Positions 22,002 through 29,904 of a stretch of DNA of 64,000 nt are shown piece by piece; position 1 is the first letter of the stretch; every line of letters starts with the position of its first letter. Origin of the DNA: Bacteroidaceae bacterium. Lineage in GTDB: Bacteria; Bacteroidota; Bacteroidia; Bacteroidales; Bacteroidaceae. The notes under the pieces are model-generated. The model did not search any database, was not told the DNA's origin, and saw only the letters and a list, made by a program, of their open reading frames with translations. The stretch spans positions 20,555 to 84,554 of the forward strand of contig JAZSIU010000011.1 of the NCBI GenBank assembly GCA_045533955.1, written 5' to 3'. A program made the position numbers and the translations under genes.

Positions 22002-22023
22002 CGTTAAATAAACGCAATAAAGA

Positions 22024-22716
22024 ATGGGCAAACAAAAATTCTGTTACAAATATCCGCATCCGTCGGTAGCAACCGATTGTGTAATTTTCGGCTTCGATGG
22101 GGCAGCCATCAAAATACTGCTTATCCAGCGAGGCGTTGAACCTTTTAAAGGAAAATGGGCATTCCCGGGTGGCTTTATGAGGATTGACGAGACGGCCCGC
22201 GAGTGTGCAAGGCGTGAATTAGAGGAAGAAACAGGGCTCAAAAATGCCACAGTCGAGCAGTTTTATACCTTCTCGGACGTGAATCGCGACCCACGCGAAC
22301 GGGTAATAACCATCGCTCACTATGCCCTTGTGCGCCTATCCGAAGTCAAGGGAGGCGACGATGCAGCCTCGGCCCGATGGTTCTCTATGAACGAGGTGCC
22401 GAGCCTTGCCTTCGACCACGAACGCATCCTGCGTATGGCCACGAGCCGCCTTAAAGAGCGCATCTGCTTCGAGCCCATCGGATTCGAGCTGCTGCCCGAG
22501 ATATTTACTATGACCGAGCTTCAAAATCTCTACGAAGCTATTCTTGAGATAAAGTTCGACCGTCGCAATTTCTATAATAAAATGCTCAAACTCGGTATCC
22601 TCGCCGAGGCCGAGCCCCGTCCCCTGAATGCATCGCGCCGCACACCGAGTAAGTATCGCTTCAATGCCGAAAAGTACGCCCGGCTGAAGCAAAAAGGATT
22701 CAGATTAGAGTTTTAA
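22024..22716 (+). CDS. NrtR-like regulator (Nudix hydrolase domain plus C-terminal winged-helix domain)
   Basis: 230 aa. The Nudix box is intact (GGFMRIDETARECARRELEEETGL fits G-x5-E-x7-REUxEExGU). An extra ~90-aa C-terminal domain matches the NrtR architecture. Confidence 0.7.
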   Translation: MGKQKFCYKYPHPSVATDCVIFGFDGAAIKILLIQRGVEPFKGKWAFPGGFMRIDETARECARRELEEETGLKNATVEQFYTFSDVNRDPRERVITIAHYALVRLSEVKGGDDAASARWFSMNEVPSLAFDHERILRMATSRLKERICFEPIGFELLPEIFTMTELQNLYEAILEIKFDRRNFYNKMLKLGILAEAEPRPLNASRRTPSKYRFNAEKYARLKQKGFRLEF

Positions 22717-23031
22717 AAGTTATAAATATTCAATATTAAGAGTGCCGGCCCTACCCGTGAAGCGCGACAATGACATTTTTAATGATGCGCGCCGAACCTT
22801 ATCCCACAGCACTTATCTTTAATGCAAAAGACGCGACATTTTTCTTCAAAAAAAGGTTGATTCCTGTAAATAATAATCCTTTTTGTACCGAGGAATATAG
22901 AAATCCCAACCCTCGGGGGAATATTTTGTTAGCTTATACTCTCTATACACAGAAGCAGTTAGCCATAAGTAAACGCTCGCACCGAGAGTATTATCCAATC
23001 TTTTTGTAAATATAAAATTAACATAGAGAAG

Positions 23032-23709
23032 ATGAGAATAAGATATGCAATTATAAGTAAAAAGGGTCCTCGTTCCAATAACGAGGACTATGTGAGGGTT
23101 GCAGATAAACCCGAGGAATCTCAGTGGCTCGGGGTGGTGTGCGACGGGATGGGCGGCCACGCAATGGGTGATGTAGCTGCCGAGACTGTTTGCAACGCCA
23201 TCTGCGAGTATTGCTTGTGCGCCGACGATGGGGATACTATTATAAAACTGAATAAAGCCTGCCGCTCGGCATCCGCAAAATTAGATAAACGCTCATCCGA
23301 GATGAACCATCTTAAAATGGGCACCACGCTTGCAATGGCAAGTATCGACAACAACGTAATAACCATTGCCCATTGCGGCGACAGCCGTTGTTACCTGATG
23401 CGTCGGGGTAATCTGCTTTACGAGACAAAAGACCACGCAGGCGACAGCTTCAATTGGAATGTTGTAACAAAATGCTTTTTCTCGTACGACCCCGAAGCAT
23501 CAGTTCCCGATATTGCACAATTCGAGATAAAGCCCGGCGACAGAGTTTTATTGTGCTCGGACGGCCTATATAAAAGTATGCCACCCGAAATTCTTAAAGC
23601 AAGAATGATGGACGACAAAACACCCGAAGAGATATTGGACGTTTACGATTTTTTGTGCGAAAAGAATGCCGACGACAACTATACCGCCATTCTGGCCATC
23701 GTAGAGTAG
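23032..23709 (+). CDS. PP2C-family Ser/Thr protein phosphatase
   Basis: 225 aa with NEDY, VCDGMGGHAMGDVAAE and CSDGL motifs. Confidence 0.8.
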   Translation: MRIRYAIISKKGPRSNNEDYVRVADKPEESQWLGVVCDGMGGHAMGDVAAETVCNAICEYCLCADDGDTIIKLNKACRSASAKLDKRSSEMNHLKMGTTLAMASIDNNVITIAHCGDSRCYLMRRGNLLYETKDHAGDSFNWNVVTKCFFSYDPEASVPDIAQFEIKPGDRVLLCSDGLYKSMPPEILKARMMDDKTPEEILDVYDFLCEKNADDNYTAILAIVE

Positions 23710-23927
23710 GGCGCAATGTTATTCTAGCCCTAAAAAGTTGCCAAGGCTGATAAAGTGCCTTTAACAATTTTTACAGGCAGCCACTATCGAGAGTTTAAAG
23801 CAAAAAAGGGTGGATATTTACCTATATTGAAGCTGTAATAAATGCGGCATCAGGCATTTTTTTTACTCCTGCGCCGAGCAATTCTGTCTAAAAATCGGAT
23901 GCTGGCCGACTTTTATAGTGCAGCTGT

Positions 23928-24295
23928 TTACTTTTTAAAAGCCCTCTTTAGCAGCAGGCGTGCGGCGCAGATGCGGTTCTTGATGGTTGCCCAGTGGCAG
24001 GCCGAGCGCGAGCGTAATCTCGCAATATTTGTAGCTCCGGGCATACATTATCAGTGGGGTGGAAAAATCGGGTGGGAGCTTTGCGATAATGCGAGAAACA
24101 TCGTGAAATTCCGGCAGTACGTCGGCTGCGTCATCTGTGCTGTAATAATTATAATTGGTATTTTCTATTCTTACTCTTCACTCCGCAAAGAGAGACGTTC
24201 GTTAAGAAAGATATTTCGCATAATCCGCCGGGCCCAATGGTCGAATCTCGTTCCGATAGTAAAATATTTTCGCTTGATATAGGCCTTTGTTAGCC
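23928..24295 (-). pseudogene. decayed, N-terminally truncated sigma-70/ECF-type sigma factor gene
   Basis: The minus strand reads region-2-like FDHWARRIMRNIFLNER, then in-frame TAA (24171-24173) and TAG (24165-24167). Region-4-like LPPDFSTPLIMYARSYKYCEITLALGLPLG follows in another frame. A further frameshift precedes TIKNRICAARLLLKRAFKK-stop at 23928. Similarity stops at the island edge, about 24295. Confidence 0.6.
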
Positions 24296-24334
24296 ATAAT
24301 GTTAAAAACCCCTCTAGAATGGTCGGGAGGGTGT
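24296..24334. repeat. partial third copy of the 83-bp arm repeat (contains hairpin T1)
   Basis: ATAATGTTAAAAACCCCTCTAGAATGGTCGGGAGGGTGT aligns with the right half of 29382-29464 and 34408-34490. Confidence 0.7.
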
Positions 24335-24389
24335 GAAAATAAAGCAACCGCCTCAACATAATGAAACGTCGGAGCGGTTGTAAGTTGTT

Positions 24390-24726
24390 GACTATTTTCT
24401 GTTTGCCCTGCGGGCAACTCCCATTGAGTCAATCACTGTCGCATCGCGACCGTATCCCACGCTTTGCGTGACTATTACTCAGTGATTGCCTCTATCATTT
24501 TGCAAGCAAAATAATTGACTCATCACAATGTTGCCTTTAACTTTGTTGAAACGCTGCTGCACTCGTTGTAAAAACTCAAACAAGTTTAGTTTTAACTTGT
24601 TGGCAGGTGTTTTGGGCAATCGCACGTCGCGTGGCACTAGAACTCTCCCTCTGTTTATAGAGGGAGTACCCGAAGGGGGAGGGAGTATTTGTGCTACACG
24701 CGACTAACTGCTCAAAAGGTTGCTCA
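24390..24726 (-). other. structured non-coding module, copy I
   Basis: Shares TCCCATTGA (24419-24427), CAATCGC and the bulged helix GCGTGGCAC (24629-24637)/GTGCTACACGC (24691-24701) with copies II and III. Minus-strand terminator hairpins lie at its low-coordinate end. Confidence 0.4.
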
Positions 24727-24759
24727 GTAGTCGTAAAAAACAGCGTTTTTTACGACTAC
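24727..24759. repeat. att-core-like sequence in perfect-hairpin form
   Basis: GTAGTCGTAAAAAAC-AGC-GTTTTTTACGACTAC. The same left arm and loop region occur at 29749-29775. Confidence 0.6.
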
Positions 24760-24872
24760 TCGACTAGAATAGTTAAATTGGGGTTAAATATTTTAACTTT
24801 ATTATCAATGCTTTAACACTGAATTTTACCTTTTGAAACGGCAACTGGTGTCAAGAACAGGTGTCGAAAAAT
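24760..24872. repeat. AT-rich arm repeat, copy 1, with paired GGTGTC motifs
   Basis: TCGACTAGAATAGTTAAAT...TTTTAACTTTATTATCAATGCTTTAA aligns with 27849-27945 and 29784-29890. GGTGTC at 24847 and 24860. Confidence 0.75.
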
Positions 24873-24873
24873 T

Positions 24874-25944
24874 TTATATTATTGGTTCTATAGTGTATCC
24901 TTGTTCTTCTCCAAATTTAATTATTTTCCCTATATTGCCACTGCCAATTTCTCTTGTAAAAGCAAAAGTAATCCCATCAGCACTTACCATTAAGTTCTCT
25001 TTTTCTTCACGCCAACGCTTGTCTTTGGATTTATCAGTAGTAGTTTCTTTCCACTTTTGTATTTCAGAATACTTTTCAATACCAAATGGAATAGCATTTA
25101 CAATTTCATAATAAGTAAGTTGAGGGTTATTCCTTACAAACAATTGTACTATAGCTAACGCTAAATGCCCTTTGCCATAGTTCCCATTTCCATTTAGTCT
25201 ATATTGTGTGTAGTCCTTTGGCTTATTGTTACTTATTACAGGGGTTTGGGCTGGAGTGTATGTTTCTATATGTATTATGTTTGTGCAATTTTTACGTTTA
25301 ATGTTTATTTCTATTTCATTTGTGATATTCTCAATATCTTCAGCACAGTATCCCTCGCTTGTCAATTTTTGATTTAATAACTCAATAAATAATTGCTTAC
25401 CTTTTTCTGTTGTAAGTTCGTTGATAAACTCGTTAATCTCTTTTTGTTTTTCTTGTTTTGCGATTTGTTCAATGCAAAAATTAGTAAGCTGTTCGGCGTT
25501 GAAATTTTCTTGTTTGAAAAGTTCAATAAAGTTTTTACCATTATTAGAGTTTTCTACGAAGTCAATTTTCAATATACTTATAGGTTCTTTTCCAAACTCA
25601 TAATAGAACAATTCTATATGTTCTCCCATATATATACCAAATTGCACTGGTAGTAATTTCATATATGAGAAAAGTTGTACTATTTCCTCTTTATTTTGAA
25701 TGTGGTTAGGTTTTTTCATCTCAATAACGAACAATGGAGTATCGTCCTTGAAAAATACAATATCTGGATATACATAGTTTACTGTACTGCCGACTCTTAA
25801 TTGATATTGATTTTCTACACGCTCGCAGTGCCAACCTAATAAATAACGAAAGTGTGTATAGACAAGTTTTTGATATTCCTTTTCGGTTGCTTGCTTTGTT
25901 TTCTTATCTAATATGTCTTTACATATTGTGTTCCAAATATTCAT
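24874..25944 (-). CDS. PD-(D/E)xK nuclease-like protein (type I restriction HsdR N-terminal-like domain) with an uncharacterised C-terminal domain
   Basis: 356 aa. YPDIVFFKDDTPLFVIEMKK fits the D...E-x-K nuclease core. It occupies the cargo slot of decayed unit 1. Confidence 0.55.
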   Translation of the reverse strand: MNIWNTICKDILDKKTKQATEKEYQKLVYTHFRYLLGWHCERVENQYQLRVGSTVNYVYPDIVFFKDDTPLFVIEMKKPNHIQNKEEIVQLFSYMKLLPVQFGIYMGEHIELFYYEFGKEPISILKIDFVENSNNGKNFIELFKQENFNAEQLTNFCIEQIAKQEKQKEINEFINELTTEKGKQLFIELLNQKLTSEGYCAEDIENITNEIEINIKRKNCTNIIHIETYTPAQTPVISNNKPKDYTQYRLNGNGNYGKGHLALAIVQLFVRNNPQLTYYEIVNAIPFGIEKYSEIQKWKETTTDKSKDKRWREEKENLMVSADGITFAFTREIGSGNIGKIIKFGEEQGYTIEPII

Positions 25945-26067
25945 TGTGCTATGTTTTAATGCACAAAGTTATTTATTTATTTATATTCATTTAATCAAGT
26001 GATATTCATAAATACAGTTATTGCTCCCGACTTCGCCGGGAGCAATAACTAATAAACAAAATTCAAA

Positions 26068-26172
26068 TTAAATACAGAACTCTCTCTTTACTCTCTGCAC
26101 TGTACTAACGCTAACATTGGATAATTTTGCTGTGTTTCGTACAGAGTAACCACGCTTGAGCAGTGAGATTAA
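26068..26172 (-). pseudogene. 3' stub of a serine recombinase gene
   Basis: Encodes LISLLKRGYSVRNTAKLSNVSVSTVQRVKREFCI-stop. This is near identical to the C-terminus of the intact gene at 30761-31414. No upstream catalytic domain is present. Confidence 0.8.
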
Positions 26173-26217
26173 TAGTAAAAATGTTTAATTAAGTATGTCA
26201 ACAAAAAGTTTTTTTGC

Positions 26218-26225
26218 TATATTTG
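26218..26225 (+). promoter_or_regulatory. -7 promoter box TATATTTG upstream of the HipA-like operon
   Basis: TAnnTTTG match about 120 nt upstream of the ATG at 26345. Confidence 0.4.
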
Positions 26226-26344
26226 CGGTAAAATTGGGAATATAGTTTGCACTTGCATTGAAAAAATATTGAATGTTTTTTGATATTTCTCAGTTGTTAG
26301 TGTTATATATATGCTTCAATTATTATAATTCTACGTGTCAAAAT

Positions 26345-27136
26345 ATGCTCGATAGTATCAAGGATATTCAAAAACAATATGAAACAGGAGAAAACCCTGT
26401 TCTTGTAATGTGTAACGATAAGAATGAGTATGTGTGTAAGTATATGCGTTCTTTAAATCCTGCGTATAAGCTTGTGTGTGAATTCATTGGCTCTCATCTT
26501 GTTGAAAAATGGAATATCCGTTCTCCGAAAATGAATCTAGTGAAAATCAAGGCTGAGCATTGGAGTAATTTTTTATCGACAAATTGTATCCGTACTGCAC
26601 CAGCGTTGGGGTATATGATGCTGAATAGTGTTGTTGATATTACACAGACAACGTATAGTCATATACAACTGTCAAAGAAAGTTCTTGTACAATTGCTAAA
26701 GATTGCTCTTTTTGACTTTTGGGTAGCAAATGAAGACCGTACATATAATAATGCAAATTTGCTGTACGATGTAAAATGCGATGAACTTGTTTCTATTGAT
26801 TATGGCGGAATATTCAATACCTCGACATTTGAATACCCAATGTGTCAGTTGACAATGACAGATACGATATTGTATGCAGAAATATTCAAACAATTTATAA
26901 ATAAATTTTCAAAGAATGAAATTAGGACTGTTGCTGTAGGGTTGGAAGATTATTATAGAAAGTCGGTCGATAAGTGTAGAGGTGTGCTTGAAAGTATGAT
27001 TTCGGGAATACCATTAGAATGGAAAGTTGATAATGATATTATACTTAATAAACTGATGCAATTGTTTGATGAGTCGTGGGTGGCTGAAGTGTGGACAAAT
27101 TTTGTTGAATGCTTAAATGATAATATAAATGAATAA
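26345..27136 (+). CDS. HipA-like (HipA C-terminal fold) protein kinase
   Basis: The ATG at 26345 gives MLDSIKDIQ. The catalytic-loop-like WVANEDRTYNNANLLYD and metal-binding-like VSIDYGG resemble the HipA kinase core. Confidence 0.6.
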   Translation: MLDSIKDIQKQYETGENPVLVMCNDKNEYVCKYMRSLNPAYKLVCEFIGSHLVEKWNIRSPKMNLVKIKAEHWSNFLSTNCIRTAPALGYMMLNSVVDITQTTYSHIQLSKKVLVQLLKIALFDFWVANEDRTYNNANLLYDVKCDELVSIDYGGIFNTSTFEYPMCQLTMTDTILYAEIFKQFINKFSKNEIRTVAVGLEDYYRKSVDKCRGVLESMISGIPLEWKVDNDIILNKLMQLFDESWVAEVWTNFVECLNDNINE

Positions 27137-27476
27137 GTTACAATATAGCATAATTTTTGGTGAGATTAGACCTGAGATTTCTGAACGTTTAAGTCTTGGC
27201 GTCATTGTAGTAGATGGTGAAAATATTTCTGTCAAATACTCAAACAAGAAATTGCAGGTGTTAAAAAGTCTGTACTCTCAAAAAGAATATGAGTTTGTAG
27301 GGAGAGTTGTCAGAGGGTTGTCAAGAAACAATAAGATTCCTTCAGAAGGCATAGTTAATTATTTGTCAAGATACTCAAATAATTTGCTCTCAATATCAAA
27401 ATTACAGGGGATAGATTTGGAAGCAAATGAAAAGAGTAAACAATGGTTGTATGATACATATGTAAAGGTGGGTTAA
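27129..27476 (+). CDS. DUF3037-like small protein, translationally coupled to the kinase
   Basis: 115 aa with an 8-nt overlap with the kinase stop. The N-terminus (YSIIFGEIRPEISERLSLGVIVVDG) resembles DUF3037 as I recall it. There is no HTH. Confidence 0.45.
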   Translation: MNKLQYSIIFGEIRPEISERLSLGVIVVDGENISVKYSNKKLQVLKSLYSQKEYEFVGRVVRGLSRNNKIPSEGIVNYLSRYSNNLLSISKLQGIDLEANEKSKQWLYDTYVKVG

Positions 27477-27494
27477 AAACAACCCTTTGGAAAT

Positions 27495-27531
27495 AAAACA
27501 ATAAAGAAGCCGTAGGCTTCTTTATTGTTTT
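27495..27531. terminator. bidirectional hairpin terminator
   Basis: AAAACAATAAAGAAGCC-GTA-GGCTTCTTTATTGTTTT. Confidence 0.75.
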
Positions 27532-27540
27532 ATAGTTATC

Positions 27541-27799
27541 ATACTTGCGGGGTAGCGGACTAAGGTAAATACCCGAAGGGGAGGTGGCTTTATGCTACGT
27601 GCGACTATTACTCATTGAAGCCCTTGGTGGAAGTAATAAACAACAAGAGCCGAAAGGCTCTTGTTGTAGAATATTGTCATTGTCCCCTTTGAGGCCATCC
27701 CATTGAGACCATTGTTTTTGTCTTTGACAATCGCCACCCACGCGGTGCCACCTTACGGCACTTCGCGTGACCTATGGCTCTGCGATTAGCTCGGAAGGA
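27541..27799 (-). other. structured non-coding module, copy III
   Basis: TCCCATTGA at 27698-27706. Hairpin TTGTC/GACAA at 27718-27730. Bulged helix CGCGGTGCC (27741-27749)/GGCACTTCGCG (27757-27767). Confidence 0.4.
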
Positions 27800-27829
27800 G
27801 TAATAAAAAAATGGAACCTTGTGGTTCCA

Positions 27830-27848
27830 TTTTTTATTACTCCCACTC
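27830..27848. repeat. degenerate att-core copy
   Basis: TTTTTTATTACTCCCACTC is preceded by its own hairpin (27800-27840) and followed by the AT-rich arm. Confidence 0.6.
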
Positions 27849-27945
27849 GACTAGATATATTAAATTTTGAATAAATCTTTTAACTTTATTATCAATACTT
27901 TAATATTGCCATTTGCTCTAAGATGAGTTAAATGGTGTCGAAAGA
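27849..27945. repeat. AT-rich arm repeat, copy 2
   Basis: GACTAGATATATTAAATTTTGAATAAATCTTTTAACTTTATTATCAATACTTTAA. A single GGTGTC at 27934. Confidence 0.75.
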
Positions 27946-29232
27946 TTATTCTTGCTTTTCTATCTCTATGTTTTTGAATTTACCAAAAACGGGGTGATGT
28001 CGGTATTCCCAACGTGTTCCAGATGGTACATACAGAGTACATTCTTCAAAATTAACACTTTCATCTTTACCTAAGGCATAATTATCAATTTGAATATTGC
28101 CTAATTGTGTCCAATGTAGATGTATGCTTTTCAGTGCCGAGCAACCCTGAAAAGCTCTGTATCCAATTGCTGTTACGCTATTTGGAATGTTAATGTTTTG
28201 TAATGATGAACACCACCAAAAAGCTGATTCTCCTATTGTTGTTACACTGTTCGGAATTTCAATGCTTTTCAGTGCCGAGCAGAACTTAAAAGCGGAATCT
28301 CCTATTGTTGTTACACTGTTTGGGATGTCAATGCTTTGCAGTGCTGAGCAATTATAAAACGCTTCACTTCCTATTGTTGTAACACTATTAGGAATATCAA
28401 TGCTTTGCAGTGCTTCACAACCGCCAAAAGCACTGTATCCTATTGTTATTACGCTATTAGGTATATCAATGCTTTGCAGTGCCATACACTCCCAAAAAGC
28501 ACTATTTCCTATTGTTGTTACACTGTTTGGAATGTTAATGCTTTGTAGTGATGAACAACCATAAAAAGCACTATCTTCTATTGTTGTTACGCTGTTTGGG
28601 ATGTCAATGCTTTGTAGTGATGAGCAACCATAAAAAGCGTGGTTTCCTATTGTTGTTACACTGTTTGGGATGTCGATGCTTTGTAGTGATGAGCAACCCC
28701 AAAAAGCACCATTTCCTATTGTTGTTACGCTATTTGGGATGTCAATGCTTTGCAGTGCTGAGCAACCACCAAAAGCACTATTTCCTATTGTTGTTACACT
28801 GTTTGGAATCTGAATACTTTGCAGTGCCGAGCAACCCCCAAAAGCGTATTCTCCAATTGTTGTTACGCTGTTTGGGATGTCAATGCTTTGCAGTGCCGAG
28901 CAACTCCAAAAAGCACTGTATCCTATTGTTGTTACGCTGTTTGGAATCTGAATACTTTGCAGTGCCGAGCAACTCCAAAAAGCACTGTATCCTATTGTTG
29001 TTACACTATTAGGAATCTCAATGCTTTGCAATTGCCAGCAACTATTAAAAGCATTTTTTCCTATTGTTGTTACGCTGTTAGGTATATCAATACTTTTCAA
29101 TTGCCAGCAACTATTAAAAGCATCGTGTCTAATAGTTGTTACCCCCTTAGGTATTGTAATATGAGTAATGGGTTGATTGTTAACGCTTATTACAGCTTTT
29201 TTGTCTTCACTTAATATAAGAATATTATCCAT
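27946..29232 (-). CDS. BspA-type leucine-rich-repeat protein without a signal peptide
   Basis: About 14 tandem 23-aa repeats ([24 protein letters not shown]). The ATG at 29232 lies 25 nt downstream of a -7 box. The N-terminus [12 protein letters not shown] is not a signal peptide. Confidence 0.8.
   Translation of the reverse strand: MDNILILSEDKKAVISVNNQPITHITIPKGVTTIRHDAFNSCWQLKSIDIPNSVTTIGKNAFNSCWQLQSIEIPNSVTTIGYSAFWSCSALQSIQIPNSVTTIGYSAFWSCSALQSIDIPNSVTTIGEYAFGGCSALQSIQIPNSVTTIGNSAFGGCSALQSIDIPNSVTTIGNGAFWGCSSLQSIDIPNSVTTIGNHAFYGCSSLQSIDIPNSVTTIEDSAFYGCSSLQSINIPNSVTTIGNSAFWECMALQSIDIPNSVITIGYSAFGGCEALQSIDIPNSVTTIGSEAFYNCSALQSIDIPNSVTTIGDSAFKFCSALKSIEIPNSVTTIGESAFWWCSSLQNINIPNSVTAIGYRAFQGCSALKSIHLHWTQLGNIQIDNYALGKDESVNFEECTLYVPSGTRWEYRHHPVFGKFKNIEIEKQE
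28146..29166. repeat. 69-bp periodic coding repeats inside the LRR gene
   Basis: Many units share long identical nucleotide runs (e.g. CCTATTGTTGTTACACTGTTTGG...AATGCTTTGCAGTGC). Confidence 0.85.
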
Positions 29233-29256
29233 TGCTATACTATAAATTGCTTTTTG

Positions 29257-29264
29257 CAAATATA
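29257..29264 (-). promoter_or_regulatory. -7 promoter box TATATTTG for the LRR gene
   Basis: TAnnTTTG on the minus strand, 25 nt upstream of the ATG at 29232. Confidence 0.45.
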
Positions 29265-29321
29265 GTTTTTTAATTTTAAGAATAGATTATAGTTGTAAAT
29301 AACATATATAAAAAATCTAAA

Positions 29322-29384
29322 TTAAATACAAAACTCTCTTTTCACTCTTTGAACTGTGCTAACGCTAACATTGGATAATTTTGC
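29322..29384 (-). pseudogene. second 3' stub of a serine recombinase gene
   Basis: Encodes AKLSNVSVSTVQRVKREFCI-stop and is fused directly to the 83-bp arm repeat. Confidence 0.75.
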
Positions 29385-29464
29385 TACTGGTGTCAAAAAG
29401 TGGTATAAATTCATATTCGTTAACTGTAATGTTAAAATACCCTCCAGAATGGTCTGGAGGGTGT
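29382..29464. repeat. 83-bp arm repeat, left copy (paired GGTGTC plus hairpin T1)
   Basis: Aligns with 34408-34490 with 5 mismatches. The last 38 bp are identical. Confidence 0.85.
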
Positions 29465-29519
29465 GAAAATAAAGCAACCGCCTCAACATAATGAAATGTT
29501 GAAGCGGTTGTAAGTTGTT

Positions 29520-29748
29520 TATTATTAGAGTTTTTTATTGACAAGGCTCGTTATTCGCAACCCGCACGGCGTGATTTATATCCACGCTTCGTGCGACCTT
29601 TTGCTACTCGCCTTGTCGATAATTTTTGCCTTTTTTGAGGCAAAAATTATTCCCATTGACCAACCTTTTGTTGCCTTTGGCAATCGCACCCCGCGTGGCA
29701 CTATCTTCGTCAGTGCTACACGCGACTAACTGCTCAAAAGGTTGCTCT
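29520..29748 (-). other. structured non-coding module, copy II
   Basis: Bulged helices GCACGGCGTG (29564-29573)/CACGCTTCGTGC (29583-29594) and GCGTGGCAC (29693-29701)/GTGCTACACGC (29713-29723). TCCCATTGA at 29651-29659. Hairpin TTGCC/GGCAA at 29671-29683. Confidence 0.4.
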
Positions 29749-29755
29749 GTAGTCG

Positions 29756-29783
29756 TAAAAAACGCTGTTTTTTACTCCCACTC
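29756..29783. repeat. att-type direct repeat, distal copy
   Basis: TAAAAAACGCTGTTTTTTACTCCCACTC, identical to 34544-34571. Confidence 0.85.
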
Positions 29784-29890
29784 GACTAGATATGTTAAAT
29801 TTTGATTGAATGTTTTAACTTTATTATCAATACTTTAACTTTTGTTTTTGCCTTTTGGAACTGCAACTGGTGTCAAAAACTGGTGTCGAA
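29784..29890. repeat. AT-rich arm repeat, copy 3, with paired GGTGTC motifs
   Basis: GACTAGATATGTTAAATTTTGATTGAATGTTTTAACTTTATTATCAATACTTTAA. GGTGTC at 29869 and 29882. Confidence 0.75.
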
Positions 29891-29904
29891 AGTCTTGTGA
29901 AAAA

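Noticed and set aside
23842-24282. 146-aa plus-strand ORF between the PP2C gene and the island.
   Set aside because: The opposite strand carries recognisable sigma-70 region 2 and region 4 segments (a pseudogene). The plus-strand translation has no features and no promoter or start context.
24727-24775. Resemblance of TACGACTACTCGAC (minus strand of the core hairpin) to the pMV158-type rolling-circle nick sequence TACTACGAC.
   Set aside because: The match is only partial and out of register. The Rep-like protein resembles the Rep_trans family rather than the pMV158 Rep_2 family. This is too weak to call a nick site.
23032-27136. A possible functional pairing of the PP2C phosphatase (23032-23709) with the HipA-like kinase (26345-27136).
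   Set aside because: They are separated by a pseudogene, the island boundary and another cargo gene. They also differ sharply in composition, so the proximity is most likely incidental.
28548-29214. Two plus-strand ORFs (154 and 131 aa) with repetitive sequence. I also considered that the 69-bp periodic repeats might be a CRISPR array.
   Set aside because: They are antisense shadows of the LRR gene. The repeats are contiguous in-frame coding units with no unique spacers, and no cas genes are present.
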